NCBI RefSeq assembly: GCF_009914755.1
Contig: NC_060930.1
DNA length: 64,000 nt
Strand: one strand, 5' to 3'
Source: the human T2T-CHM13v2.0 reference genome, Homo sapiens
Part shown: positions 1 through 15,043 of the stretch, piece by piece
Position numbering within the stretch: the stretch's first letter is position 1
Layout: each line of letters opens with the position of its first letter
Position numbers and translations under genes: made by a program
Notes under the pieces: model-generated
What the model was told of the DNA's origin: nothing
Database searches by the model: none
Seen by the model: the letters and a program-made list of their open reading frames with translations, nothing else

Positions 1-36
1 TGCAGAGTGAGACCCTGCCTCAAAAATAAAATAAAA
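1..36 (+). mobile_element. 3' end and A-tail of an Alu cut by the window edge
   Basis: cagagtgagaccctgcctcaaaaataaaataaaa. Confidence 0.8.
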
Positions 37-691
37 TTACATGGCTGGTTTATGGCTGATTCCATAGTTCAGTACTGTTGACAATAGGCAACACAAAGAG
101 TGGTATTTCCTAAAGGTTCTAGTGGACTAGAATGTAACATTTTTTAATAAAATTAATGCATGTGAAAACTGGCTTGGAGATTGTACCCTTCTAAACTGCT
201 AATATCCAATGTTACATCCTCCTCCTCTCCTTAATGGGTCTGGACTGCATGCACTACAGTTGCCCAGTAAAATAAAACATCGTCAAATACTGCATTAGGT
301 ATCAGGGACCAGGCATTTGTCTGAGCTCCAACACGTGCTTTCTGGGTCTTGGATTTTTCTCTGCTCTTAAATTAGAATGATTAATTTAATCATTAAATTA
401 GATGGCTGACATGAACGACTAATGTCTTCGTGGAGTACCATTCTTCATAAAAATTGACCAAAAAAAATCACAGTTCACGTCCCAGAGCCCAGGAGGAAAG
501 GGTGTTTTTGATTTCTGACCCTAACCTTTCTAATCTATCCTTCAAATTCAGGTAGGTTCGGCTCAGAATAAAGGTGGAAAGAGCCAATTGGACCTTAAGG
601 TTAAACATTGGAGAGAGGAGGAAAACTCTTTTTGACAGCCTCTAGTGTTATTTGTGGGATAGACTGGTCCCTCTAAGATACTCTTAAATTT

Positions 692-1017
<326 letters not shown>

Positions 1018-3240
1018 CTATCCAAGATTTCTTTGGTTCTATAATCAAAATAAAGCTTCTGTTTTCCCCTATAGTTTTCCTGTCTGATTCAGATCCAAGT
1101 CTACATTTTTGGAAGCCTGCACGTGTCCATGGTCCATCAGCAATAATGTTTATGGACGCCACGACCAAAGGCTTCTTCAGCAAGCACAGGCAGGGGATTG
1201 ACTGGTGGGGGGGAAGTGAATACCTAGAACCTACGGTCCAACAGGTAGTCTTTTGCTGTGCAAGCATCACCAAGTCCAGGCAAGGACCATTTCGAGTTTT
1301 TAATACATAAGGTCATTTTTTTCCCCCAATGTTTCTGGATAAATAAAAAAGATAATTTTATTTAGTATAAAGAATGCTCAACCAGATAAAAACCTGGAAA
1401 GCTTGAGTCCACAACTTTATTAGTATGTTGCTTTTTACTTTTAAAAATGGTTTTAATATTTGATCATCCAAAACGTAACACCCGAGTAACTAACTTCCTT
1501 ATGAGATTGGCAAATAGAATATGATGGGGGTAATGGGGCCATTCTGGACTCCGTGGGAGATCAGACCATCACACAAAGGCTTAGAGGTGGAAATAATAAG
1601 AATAACAAATGCTAACTTGTAGCTCTGTGTCCATTGTCCGCTGTTAATTCACAAGAGCCTTGATAGTGATCAAAGCTGAGCTTCCTGGTTAGTGCCCTGC
1701 AACCAAGACCACCCTCTCTCCTTGAGTCCTGTGGGATCCTGACTTTACTTTGACTTGAGAAGAAGCTAATTATGGGTTGATTTCTGGAAAGAATGATTAA
1801 TAATCACTTCCATTTGGCAAAATAAAATCTGTGGAGGCAACACTGGTGTTTTTACTACCTTATGAAGCAACGTGAGGAAGAAGGAAAAAATCATGTATAA
1901 TCTTTTGCAACAAGCTATAAAATGATTTTTTTTTGTCTTTAATTAAACAAAAGCATTTTTATTCACAGAATGTTATGATCATATTGCTAGTACAGCTTAA
2001 TGCTTACTTTTTAACTAATTCATTTTCTCATTTGTGGCAGTCTAGAAAGGTTTATTAAATCTAATGACTGTTTTAGGATTAAGTAGGCGGAAAGCATGTT
2101 CTAATTACGGGGATGGATAAAAGCAAACTAATTAACCAAAAAAGTGTATTTCCTTCCTCATAGATGTCTGGTCAGCCATATCTGAGATGAACTTGGCTTA
2201 CCTAGCTCCTGAGTTTTTTAATCATGTTTTTAGATTGCATTTTTTACACCATCTGTACCATTAACATGACTGTAATTTCTGTCACAGTTGGAAGCTTCAG
2301 TTAATAAATGTTTTGTTTCGGAGCAGGATGGGAAGGCAGACAGGAAGGTGGGAGTGTTTATGAATGAACCAAAAGGGAAGGGACTGTGATCTGAGGAGCC
2401 ATGAAGTGAAAATCCTGGACTGACTTAGAACTGTGAATTTGGGGTTGTCCTTTTCTGCCCCACCTTATAAATACTCTTAATTAATCCTTCTAAAAAAATC
2501 CAACCTAGTAGAAAGTATTAATCACCTATTAATCACCAGCTAGTCAAAAAATCTAAATAACTTAATTCATAGACAACAGAGCATATACAGAAGAATGTGT
2601 GGTTGTTTTATGAAATTCAGAAGGATTTGTTTCTCAGTGTTGTGTATATCCTGAACAAAGCACAGAATCACAGTGTTGTAGTTGAGAGTTCCAAATAAAT
2701 AGGTATTTTATCCTATTTTTTTAATTACAGATTTTTCTGGATATATTTTTCTTTTTTTTACTAGTAACTACTGCTTCAGGCTTTTAAAAAACACTGATTA
2801 TGTTTTCAAAGTTGAAGAAAATGGTAAGTTTTAAAGCATCTGTAATTTCAAAGAGTGATAGTATATTGATTAAAAAGTTTATAGAAATAAATAATAAAAT
2901 TTTGTTTCAGGGAGAGGAATAGGCAAGACACAAGGCAAACTGTAGACTAATTCACCGAAAATAAGTACACATACTTTTCAATTTTAAAAGATTACCATTC
3001 ATGACTAAAAAAGAATAAACTGTATGAAGTGAAGACTGAATTTTTAGTTAAAAGTCTTATTATACTAGGATGAAGTTTTACATCTTGTAGCATAAGGGAC
3101 ATTAGCTTTAGTATTATAAAGGAGATATCAGTATATATTGTGTGCCTGCTGGGTGCTTAGGGATACAAACCATTAAGATAGAAGCCTACCTCAAGAAGCT
3201 TACTGTCAGTAAACATTTGGAGGACAAGGAGTTACAGTAG

Positions 3241-3663
<423 letters not shown>

Positions 3664-3982
3664 TAGTGGTCTTGCAACATTTGCTGGTGATACATCCTAA
3701 AGCCTCACGATTCCTCACATTCCCAAAAAGCCTTGGAATGTATCACTGCATCCTTAAGTTATGCTAATAAAAGTAATTGAACGTTTGGAGTGATGCTGGC
3801 AGGCCTTTCTGAAAGTGACTGCGTTCACTGAGAGACAGTAAAGAAGCCACACATAGATGCAAACACTGGGAAGTTGGCTAAGGTGACTCATTAAGTGAGT
3901 CCATCGTATCTATCAATCTTGAGTAATTCGGGAATTCCAAAATGTGCAGCAGCCAAATAACAAATGAATGTCCCGAACATTT

Positions 3983-4281
<299 letters not shown>

Positions 4282-5859
4282 TGTCCTGAACGTTTCTGTT
4301 CCAACTAGTGATGGTGAGGATCTAAAAATTTCCCACATAAACTGCAGGAATTACCAAACAGCACGCTTCCGGGGGCAAGAAAAGAATGGATGTTGGGTAT
4401 TTATGAATACCCAGCAAGGTATTCAGGTTTTCACAGAAATACCCAGGTATTACTTACTGGCCTTGCTAAAAATCAAAACTCCTGATGCCTCCTTAGCGAT
4501 TGTACAAGCTTGCTTCCATGGCCATTTCCTTTAGTGCAGAGCCGTGTTCTCTAAAGGGAACAGTGTAGTTATGAAGTTTGTTGTAATGAAATTTTCCCTG
4601 TGTGACCAAATCTTCACCCTTAAAACCAAACCTAGTTGGGGCAATGAAGGCAAATATAGCCAAAGCCTCCATAAAACTTGCTTTAAACTTGGCTTTTAGT
4701 GTGTGTCAGTTAGCCAAACACTCTTATCAATTAAACCAGTGACCTTGGGATTGATCAGAGGAAGCAGTCAAGTCCACTTGATATTTAAAATGGCTTCATA
4801 TAATTCCCATGAAGTCCCATGAAATACAACAGCCCAAGTTCAGGTTTTGTCCTGTCAACTTCGTCCTGACAGGCTTTCTATATTCCATCACTGGCTTTCT
4901 AACTTACTCTTCCCCAGACTGAAATCAGAGTAATGAAAACAGTCAAACTGCTCATGAAATGTCACATTACTATGAGAGCACACATTATTTCTACAGATAT
5001 TTTCTATCAGTCACTAGATCACTACTCAAATGACAGCAGTGCCTGCCTGAAACATGGTTTAAAAATGACAGCCCCATACTGCAAAGACTACTTCAGCAGT
5101 AAAATTTACTGATTTGTCCCTCTGATCTTAGCCTACAAAAGATACCAAATGTTACTCAGGAATAAATAAAACATTTCTAGAAAAGGAGAGAAAAGGTTAT
5201 ATGCTTCATTTTGCTTATCAATGTCATTTCCAAGCCAACAATTTTATTAGGGGTAGGGGTATGGGGACATGCTATTTTTAGTTTGTGGGGGAGAAATGTG
5301 ACATTTAGAACAAATGTCATAGCATTTCTTCAATAAAAATCCATGCTGTCAGCTCCCTAGCTCTAGAGAATTATAGAAAAGCCGTACTGAACTAAAGGAG
5401 AGACAACAATAACTTGATTTTTAGTTTAACCCTCTCCGACCCAGCCTCAGCGTGGCTGGACAGTAGTAACAGTTTTTGTGTGTTACCTAGCTCTGGGAAG
5501 CAGTCGTGCATTCACACAAAGGGTATTTGTTTAAAAGAATCTATTCTGTCTACCTAAGAAATGACTCTGTGTTCAGCCAAAGCCCTGTGACCTGTTTTGT
5601 TCATTGAACCTTGAGGAGAAGCAATTTTTTCACAAACAAAAGAACTCAAATATCTACTAAAATAACGACTCCAATATGAAAGCCAGAAAATGACTTTTAT
5701 TGCCTGTAAACAACAAAAACAGTAGAGGACATAATTATTAGACTTTAATAGAAAAATAAATATGTAATAAATAAAGTTCTCATTATGGAACATTTGCCCT
5801 TATCTCATTTCCCCCTTTTTTGGCATATATTCACATTCTATCGTGTAGTATCTCTGGGT

Positions 5860-5955
5860 TGTTATTTAACTTTTCAGGACAAGAGCCATATCTTACATTT
5901 CTCTAAATCCTCTGCAGTGCCTAGTACAGTTTTTGATAAAAGTATTGAACAATTG
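5860..5955 (+). mobile_element. L2 3'-end fragment
   Basis: Degenerate match to L2 tail (cagtgcctagtacag). Confidence 0.45.
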
Positions 5956-8124
5956 AAACATTAGTTTGAAAAATGCAGTTCGTATCTACAGTTTTTTTTT
6001 TAACTTTCTAGCTCTCCCTGGCGTGCGGCCTCCACCCCCAACACACACAATGATTATTTTCAGCCTTTGCCATTTTCAAGGCTCTGATTCTACTTGCTCC
6101 ATCCTTACTCCTACTGAGTATTAATAGTAGTCTTTGCTGACAGTGACCTGTGCACTTTGAAAATACGTATTATCATCTCCACTAAGTGCGAAGATGGAGA
6201 CATCTGTGGCGTTTTTGCTCTTCTCTCCTTTGCCCTTGCAAATAATTATGTGCTTCATTCATGATCTTTTTTCTGTCTTTCGTGTCTCAGAAGAGGGTCC
6301 TCTCTTTCTTCACCAAGTTCTTTCTTCCCCTAAACTCTCAATCAGATCCCTTCAGCCTGTCCTGGAATCCCACCAGTTGTTCCCCAGTAGTCTCTGTCTT
6401 CCTTTTTCTAACTCCTCCCCTTCACTTTCACATGGGCATAGCAGTAGTCTCCAATTTAACCTGCTGTCTTCTCTAATTACCATTAATTTGCTAAACATGA
6501 ATTGAGCACTCAATAGGTACAGGCATTCAGCCAAGTAATAAGGGTATACTCTTGAGTAAGATGAAGTTCCTTCTCTAAAGCAGCTCACAACTGCCACACC
6601 GATTCAACCAGCAACTTGTCATATGACCCCCACAAACATTCACTCAGCGAACATTCGTCCAGTCAAATTCAGGTGACACAATGAGTGCTAATGACAGCCC
6701 CTGCTCTCAAGGAGCTCGTAGTCTATGCTATTTCTGGAGCCTATGCTAGCTATACCTCTTGTTTTGAACTTTTACTTATTTACTGCCCGTAATGATTATT
6801 TATGTTTTATATGTAACTGTAATATCCTCAATGCAGCTTTTCTTCTATTACTGTGAGGACAAAGACTGGTTTTCAAAAACTGAATTACTTTTTGTCTTTT
6901 GTGATCTTTGTTTAACAGATTACCTAAACACAGATCCCTATCATTCAGCCACTCCAGCCATGTACTACGCAGATCCAAGGAAGGAGTACCAAACACATCT
7001 CAGTTTAGGCGGCCTTGCGCATCAGTGTTCAAGAAATATTTCCATTCGACTCTTAGAGTACCAGCAATTTTTGAAACACTGTTCCATTTTCTAAATTTTT
7101 TTGAGTCTTTTATCTCTCCTATTCTATTTAATCACCCTACTATATAAAGCCATTTGAATAATTCATGTTCACTGGTTCAGAAGTAGGTGATGTTTTGAAA
7201 ATTCATTTTTATATGAATTAGATATATATGATTTAGTAATTTGTATATGTCCCCAATTATATTCTTAACCTGTTTTTTCTAATAGTGTTTTGACATGACT
7301 TTTTAACACTTGTCATCTATATTGACAACCTCATTGGCAGGGTAGAGGTATGTGATTTCTTTTTTTTTTTTTTTTTTTTTTAATCGTTAAGCGTTTAACC
7401 ATGAACTCTCAAATACAAAGAAAAGAATTGCCTCTGTGTGGATTTATTTAAGACTGTAATGAATTAACCTAATGCCATTTGAATTTAGATTGCTTCTGCC
7501 TCTATTCTGATAAGTTAGCGAACATATGTGACTTTCATTCAATTATGGCAGCTGTTTAATCATCAATAGTAATATTTTATCTTAATCATAATGTAGGCTG
7601 TATCACCTCTAGATTTGTGTGCCCATATGAGAAGACGGGTATCATTCTCTTAGCTAGCAACAGGATTCCTCTTAGGAAAGGAGCTGGCTTTGCTTAGGAA
7701 ACTATCTTGATAAACAGTTCAATGGACAAAGTTAAAACCTGAGGACATGAGTTACAAGGAAACAAGACTAGGAAAGACAGAACTAACTGCTCAGCAGTAG
7801 AAAGAAAATAGAGGGATTTTTTTCTCTTAGCATAAATGAGAGAAAGGGTAATAAAAGAGAGGGAAGAAGTGGGGAATAACTAATATTCAGTTTTAAGTGG
7901 TTTGCATTTTTCCCTGTGTGGACAGAACTAAGCCAGAAAACAAAAAATTGAGAGCTAGATAAGACCTGGAGAATGCAGGTCCTCTGGATGTTTAAAGTCA
8001 TTTGAGAAGGACACTGGACTTTTGTCACACAGGGCAAGGATGGGGAAATTAGAGCCAATCTAACTAGATCCAAAGGGGCGGGGAGACTCCAGATGACATC
8101 TGGGTCTCATAGATATTCATGCCT

Positions 8125-8320
8125 GCCTTTAATTCCCAGCCCTGCCTTTTACTAGCTGTGTACCTTTGGGAAAGATACTTAATTGCCCTGTGTCTCGGTT
8201 TCCTCATCCATAACATGGGAATCTCAAAAGTGCATTTTAAACAGGTTGTCATGGTGATTAAATTAATGCATGTGGAAGAGGTTGGGAAAATGTTTTGCGT
8301 GTAGGTACTGGTTAAATGCC
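8125..8320 (+). mobile_element. MIR
   Basis: MIR core: actagctgtgtacctttgggaaag...ctcggtttcctcatc. Confidence 0.75.
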
Positions 8321-8830
8321 ACACACATCATCCATACTCATGGAAACACACATATGATAGAAGATTTGGGTTTGCTTTTTATGTGCATGCTTTAAACTTA
8401 ACTGCAAAGAAGTAATACATCAAAAACCCATTCTAAGGAAACAAAGTTGGCCCAGTACCCCTAATTTCTAGCAACTTCATCTCTCCCTTAAATGGAAAAT
8501 ATTTTATACCCTAAACAAATTAACTAATGAGTAACTTACTTTCTATAAAACAATGTTTAACTCCATATGTCATCATGTATTTTCAAAGACCAAAATTTTA
8601 TCAATATCTGGATATATTAACCAATCCTTATACTTTTGCTCCTTGAGAAAAATATATTGCTTAGTTTCTGAAGCAATGGTGTAACTAGGTCTTTTGATAT
8701 AATGTTAAATGTTTTAATCATTTGACTCTTGTCTACATGAAATGGAAATGTAAATTGCTTTCTAAAAGTTGTTAAGCTTCAGTGGTGGCTAAATACTCTA
8801 CAATGTGTAAAATATTAAAATACCAGAGTA

Positions 8831-9131
8831 GGCTGGGCACAGTGGCTCACACCTGTAATCCCAGCACTTTGGGAGTCCAAGGCAGGCAGATCACGAAGTC
8901 AAGAGATGGAGACCATCCTGGCCAACATGATGAAACCCTGCCTCTACTAAAAATACCAAAAAAAAATTAGCTGGGTGTGGTGGCACACACCTGTAATGCC
9001 AGCTACTCAGGAGGCTGAGGCAGGGGAATCACTTGAACCCGGGAGGCGGAGGTTTCAGTGAGCCTATTGTGCCACTGCACGCCAGCCTGGCCACAGAGCG
9101 AGACTCCGTCCCCCACCCCCCCCAAAAAAAA
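8831..9131 (+). mobile_element. AluSc-like, with a C-run before the A-tail
   Basis: gtcaagagat..gaccatcctggccaac; TSD AAAATAC(C/A)AGAGT. Confidence 0.9.
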
Positions 9132-9659
9132 AAAATACAAGAGTGATGACATTAAGAATGTAATTGCTGTCTATTTTGATTGCTTTTATTTAAAACGTTT
9201 ACTGCTGACCTATTGGTAGCCATTTAGAATATTTGCCACATTTATTACAATATATCTAGAAACTCAGTTGTAAAAAATTTTATAATTCGATTCCTCAAAA
9301 TCCTTTAGAAAACATTTAGATTTAGATTTTAAAATGTTTAGAACATATTTTTCCCTAAGCAATTGTTTTATCTAGTTTTTTTTTTCCCCCGAATTATATT
9401 ATGTGTCATCAGCGTGTGTGAGGATGGGGAGGACAGCTTTAAGAAGCTGCTGCATTTAGTACCAATTCCTTGTACAATTGGGAGGAGACTTTTGAAATAA
9501 AATATTCTATTTCCCCAGCTCAAGCTGGACATGAAAATCAGAAACATGGAAGGAGAAGGGGCATAGCCGTGACAGGAAGGGGAAGGAATTTGATTTGAGG
9601 AGCGCCTGGAGAAGCCTAGTCTCACCCAGGACATCACCTCCCATGGTAGCACCTTTGCT

Positions 9660-9782
9660 ATCACTTAGTACATTTTCTGTCTTGAGACGGTGAAAGCTCT
9701 TTAAGAGCAGGAACCGTGTCTCCTTGCTGTATTTCAGTGCCTAGCACGTATAGAAGGTTAATGAGTATTTGTTGAATGAATT
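9660..9782 (+). mobile_element. L2 3' end
   Basis: cagtgcctagcac...tatttgttgaatgaat. Confidence 0.7.
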
Positions 9783-9989
9783 AGTTGATTCACTTGTAAG
9801 TCACTTTGCAATTTGGTGATTATTCATTATGTTCAAGAGACCTGTTTCCCATGCATTAGTAATTAGTCCTACTGGGAATGAAATTTCATAAAATCTGTGA
9901 GAAGAGCAGCCTGACAGTGTGTGTCCAGGCCTTCCAAATGTGCTCCAGAATATATTATAAAGGGACAGGGACGGATCTGAGTAAACATA

Positions 9990-10705
<716 letters not shown>

Positions 10706-11189
10706 AGGGAAAGAGAAAGGAAAGTTTTCCAGTGCCATTTTGTGGAGTGATGGGACAAGTTTGTCTGAAAGGAATTGAAACGGGAATGGGAGGTTTAGAA
10801 GGAAGAACGATGGATGTAAGGAAGATAGTGAGACATGGATCAACTCTGAGCTGCAGCCACTGGAGAATTTGTGTGGTGGGATTACTAGAATTCAAGCAGC
10901 TGGAGAGGTGCGGAGAGATCCCTAGGAGCAAGATTGGTGTGCATGCTGCTGTGGTTGCTTTGGCATGGAATCCTTCTAAGAGTATCAAGCTGTATAAAGT
11001 AGGTAGGAAACAGAACCTTGTATGCCTGGTAAACTTTGCCAAGGAGAAGGGTCTGCTCTCTGCCTAGGTTGGTTTTTCAGCATATGATTTAAGCATATTT
11101 TCCTTTGACTCTTCATATGTGTTTATTGATTTCTTTTTCTGCGCCATATTCTTTGTTTCTACTGTGATGCTTAGAGAGATGGTAGGTAG

Positions 11190-11420
11190 GGTGGAAAGAG
11201 ATACGCTTTGAACTTGGCAGAATTCAGCCGACATAGATTTGATCCCTGCTCTATCACTTATGAGCTCTATGACCTTGGAAAAATTTGCTCCAGTGCTCCT
11301 AGCCAGCAGTGTTAGAATGATGCTGATAATAATCACCTTGCAAGGTTTTAAGCAAGATACATTTATGTAAAGTCACCAACTCAGTTCCTTTCACGATAAT
11401 GGGCAGCCAGTAAATGTTAC
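11190..11420 (+). mobile_element. MIR
   Basis: tttgatccctgctctatcactt...tgaccttgga...ataataatcacct. Confidence 0.6.
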
Positions 11421-11448
11421 TTATTGTTCTCAAGATTGTCTTTTCTCA

Positions 11449-11579
11449 GCCAGACACTGTTGTATATATGCCTGTAATCCCAGCTACTCAGGAGGTTGAA
11501 GTGGGAGGATAGCCTGGAGTTTGAGACCAGCCTGGGCAACATAGTGAGATCCTGTCTCAAAGAAACAAACAAAAAACGA
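11449..11579 (+). mobile_element. FLAM (free left Alu monomer)
   Basis: Single monomer of about 130 bp with A-rich tail; perfect TSD AAGATTGTCTTTTCTCA at 11432-11448 and 11580-11596. Confidence 0.88.
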
Positions 11580-13459
11580 AAGATTGTCTTTTCTCATTGT
11601 TCTTTCTTGATTACACAAACACAGTGTGTCTTATAATTACAAAGCCATATGCTTGTGTTGATATCTTGTTTATTTGTTTTTGTAGTTTTTACTTAAGTAA
11701 TATAAAAAAATAGCTAAGTGAAAATCTTCACGAATGAAAGCAACCTCTTTGTTTGTTCCTCGTCATCCTAACCAAAATCAGTAGTTTGATAGTACTTCTG
11801 TTTCATTATGACATACATCTACCAGTCACCTAACCTGGCCTTACTGAAACAAAACAGTCTTTGAGAAATGTAAGCACATCACTCAGCCTTGTTATGGAAA
11901 ACTGGCAGAGCACCTGGGTGTGCCCAGAGGGACTGTGATTTCACTTCTCACTCCATAAGCAACATCCTTCTGTTGTGAATTAAATCTTCACAGTCAAAAT
12001 CTGTGTCTGCATGTGCTTGTTTATTTGGAAAAGAAATGTTATTCAGAGAGGCATTTTATTTGTAATACTTGTGGAGCAATATGATATTAAGTGAGCTTAA
12101 TATTGGTAGAGTGCTCTTTTCATTTTAAAGATTCTTCACATGCATTTGTTTTTCTTTCTGGCTTTCCTATCTGTTATTAGGCCAACAGACAAGTTATATT
12201 TTATACATATGTGTCAGTATGATGCTTTACATGTGTTTATAACATATATGAATATGGTATATACTCTTCTGTTTGTGAATTGCTGTGCATATCTGAGGAT
12301 ACGCATGTTAGTGAACTGGTTTCAATTTACACAAGGAGGTTTCTTTTTTCTGCTTTCATCCAACCTTTATTGAGGACAGTAAATACTGCCTCTTATCTCC
12401 CATCCCAAGCTGAGTTCAGCATCTGGAGAAGCTTAAGGTCCCAATGCATCAAATTATCTTGCTCAAACTGTTGTTTATTACAGTCAATTTTGTCCTGTCA
12501 CTCCAGTGGCAGAATGTCAAAGCTTTTCTTTGCATTGCCTTCAGCTTTTAGCCTCTGCAGGGATCTGATATGCTGCTCCTGCTTTGCCAGGGGGTGGGTT
12601 GGAGGGGACTCAAAGGGTCATGATGAAGCTCCAAGCCAGATAACTACAGCACTGGTTAACCTCCTTGCTAAAGCTGGGAAGGGTTTATGCCCCACCATTT
12701 CACTCCCTGGACCACAAACATGCACTTCATTTTATGAATGTCTGTTAATTTCCTATGTTTCCATTTCTTTTCTTTTGAGACCTGTGTAACCACAAGCAAA
12801 GCATGTATGATGGTATTCATAGAAGAATAGACAGTGTAAGTCTAGAAACTTAATGTGAATTTTGTCACTGACAAATATGTATTCTGTAATCTGAACAGTT
12901 TAATTTAGATAAATAGTTTATCTTTGAAAACTCTGACTAGAATAAACATTCACATGAATTTCCCATTTAAGTGTTTAAAACTTCAACTTCTAACCTTTTT
13001 TTCAGTTAGAAACATATATGTACCTAATTATTTCTTTTTAGTTTTATATAATTGTGATCATGTGTATAATTATACATGATGTACCTTTCTGGGATGAAGT
13101 TTTGTTGTGACAAAAGGTGCTTTCCAAATACGTTTTTGTTTTGACCATTGTCAACATAGTTAATAATCTGTAGAAGTTTGCCTAATGCCTTCCTCTGGGG
13201 CTTCTTGACCTTGTTTTCTGAAACCTCCTTTTTTTTTTTTTTTTTTAATTTTTTTAATGACTCCTGTAATGTCTCATCAAAAAAAGCAGTTTCTATAGTA
13301 TTCTTGAAAAATGAGTGTAATAGAGTTGGGGATGATAAATATATTTCCAGGATGGAATACAACTTATTCAGATAAGAAAAAATCTGGCAATAATGAAACA
13401 TTTCACACTGATTATAAGCTAGGAAATATTCCTGTGTTTCTACTTAAAATCAGCTTTAG

Positions 13460-13745
13460 CCCAAGCAACCTCTTCTTTTGCTTGGACTATGGAAGTTGCC
13501 TTCTGACTGGTCCCTCCATACCCATTCTTGTTCCTCTCTCGAATCTGTTCTTCCAAGGGAAACTAGAATGATCTTTTATACAAGCTGTCATAGCAACCTG
13601 TGACACTACTCTTCATATACATCACACTTGCCATTTTATATGTGTGTGATTATTTGATCACTGTCCATCTCCCTTACTAGATTGTAAGTTCCAGAAGGGC
13701 AGAGGCCATGCCTGGCCTATGGTAGATGCTCAGTGAAGAGTTATG
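13460..13745 (+). mobile_element. L2 fragments
   Basis: ctggactatgg..ccttctgactggtc; actagattgtaagttccagaagggcagaggc. Confidence 0.7.
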
Positions 13746-14413
13746 GGACACTTAAATGAAGACAGTCAGATCTGTACTAAGTTTTGTGTTGTGAAAGTAT
13801 GTCCTCAGTTGTCCTGGTTTACACGGTTCTCACAGATAATCCACTCTGAACAGCGACACCTAATTCACTTAACCACCACTTGGTTGAGATCTTACCTCCT
13901 GTTCTGAGTCCGCACCATAGGCTAGCCTTTTAAAAATTAAACCCTTAACTTCAGGCAGAGTTTGAGATTCAAAAATTTCTCCATAGTTCCACCCAACCCA
14001 GATTGGGTTTGAGAATATGCTTATGTAACAGACAAGAGTGGGAGATTATTGACTTCCTAGCTGCTCTTGAAAAAGATCTTTGCAATGAGGCCTGATTATT
14101 TTCATATCATGTATTTCCAGAACAAGCAATGTGCAAAAACCCTCTGTGACACCAAATGTATAGGATTTGTTCTTGTGATTTTGGGCTACTTTTTGCATGT
14201 CTCAGTTTTCAACAGTTCTCTGAGGAAGCACTTTGCTTATTTGGCAAAATAAGCATATTCGTGGTCCACATTGCAGACCCACTTTAAGTCACCTATCTCC
14301 AGGTTTGAAAGTTTCCGTGAAAGAATCAATAAGTCGCTTTTGGCTTTAAAATGGCTCCTGAGCAGTCACCTTTTTGTTTTCATCCCATCTGTTGTTTTCG
14401 AATGGGAAATAAA

Positions 14414-14725
<312 letters not shown>

Positions 14726-14751
14726 AAGATTTTTTTTTTTTATTCACTGTA

Positions 14752-14821
14752 ATTTTTGGACACAGACACACACACACACATGTGTGTGTGTGTGTGTGTC
14801 TGTGTGTCTGTGTCCAAAAAT
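14752..14821. repeat. Palindromic (CA)n/(TG)n microsatellite with 21-bp perfect outer arms
   Basis: 14752-14772 ATTTTTGGACACAGACACACA is the exact reverse complement of 14801-14821. Confidence 0.93.
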
Positions 14822-14840
14822 ATATATATATGTATATATA

Positions 14841-15043
14841 TTTTTTAACTTTAATTTCTGGTATACGTGTGCAGAACATACAGGTTTGTTACATAGGTAT
14901 ACATGTGCCATGGTGGTTTGCTGCACCTGTCAACCCGTCATCTAGGTTTTTAGCCCCGCGTGCAGGTATTTGTCCTAATGCTCTCCCTCCCCTTGCCCCC
15001 CACTCTCCGATGGGCTCTGGTGTGTGATGTTCCCCTCCCTGTG
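14841..15043 (-). mobile_element. 5'-truncated primate L1 (L1PA-type) 3' UTR
   Basis: caggtttgttacataggtatacatgtgccatggtggtttgctgcacc...tgtgtgatgttcccctccctgtg. Confidence 0.88.

Noticed and set aside
2516-2537. 11-bp tandem TATTAATCACC, and similar small duplications near 4805, 45730 and 46678
   Set aside because: Ordinary slippage-scale duplications.
12280-12789. 169-aa ORF
   Set aside because: Non-ATG start, low-information S/L/C-rich composition, no similarity to any protein I recognise.
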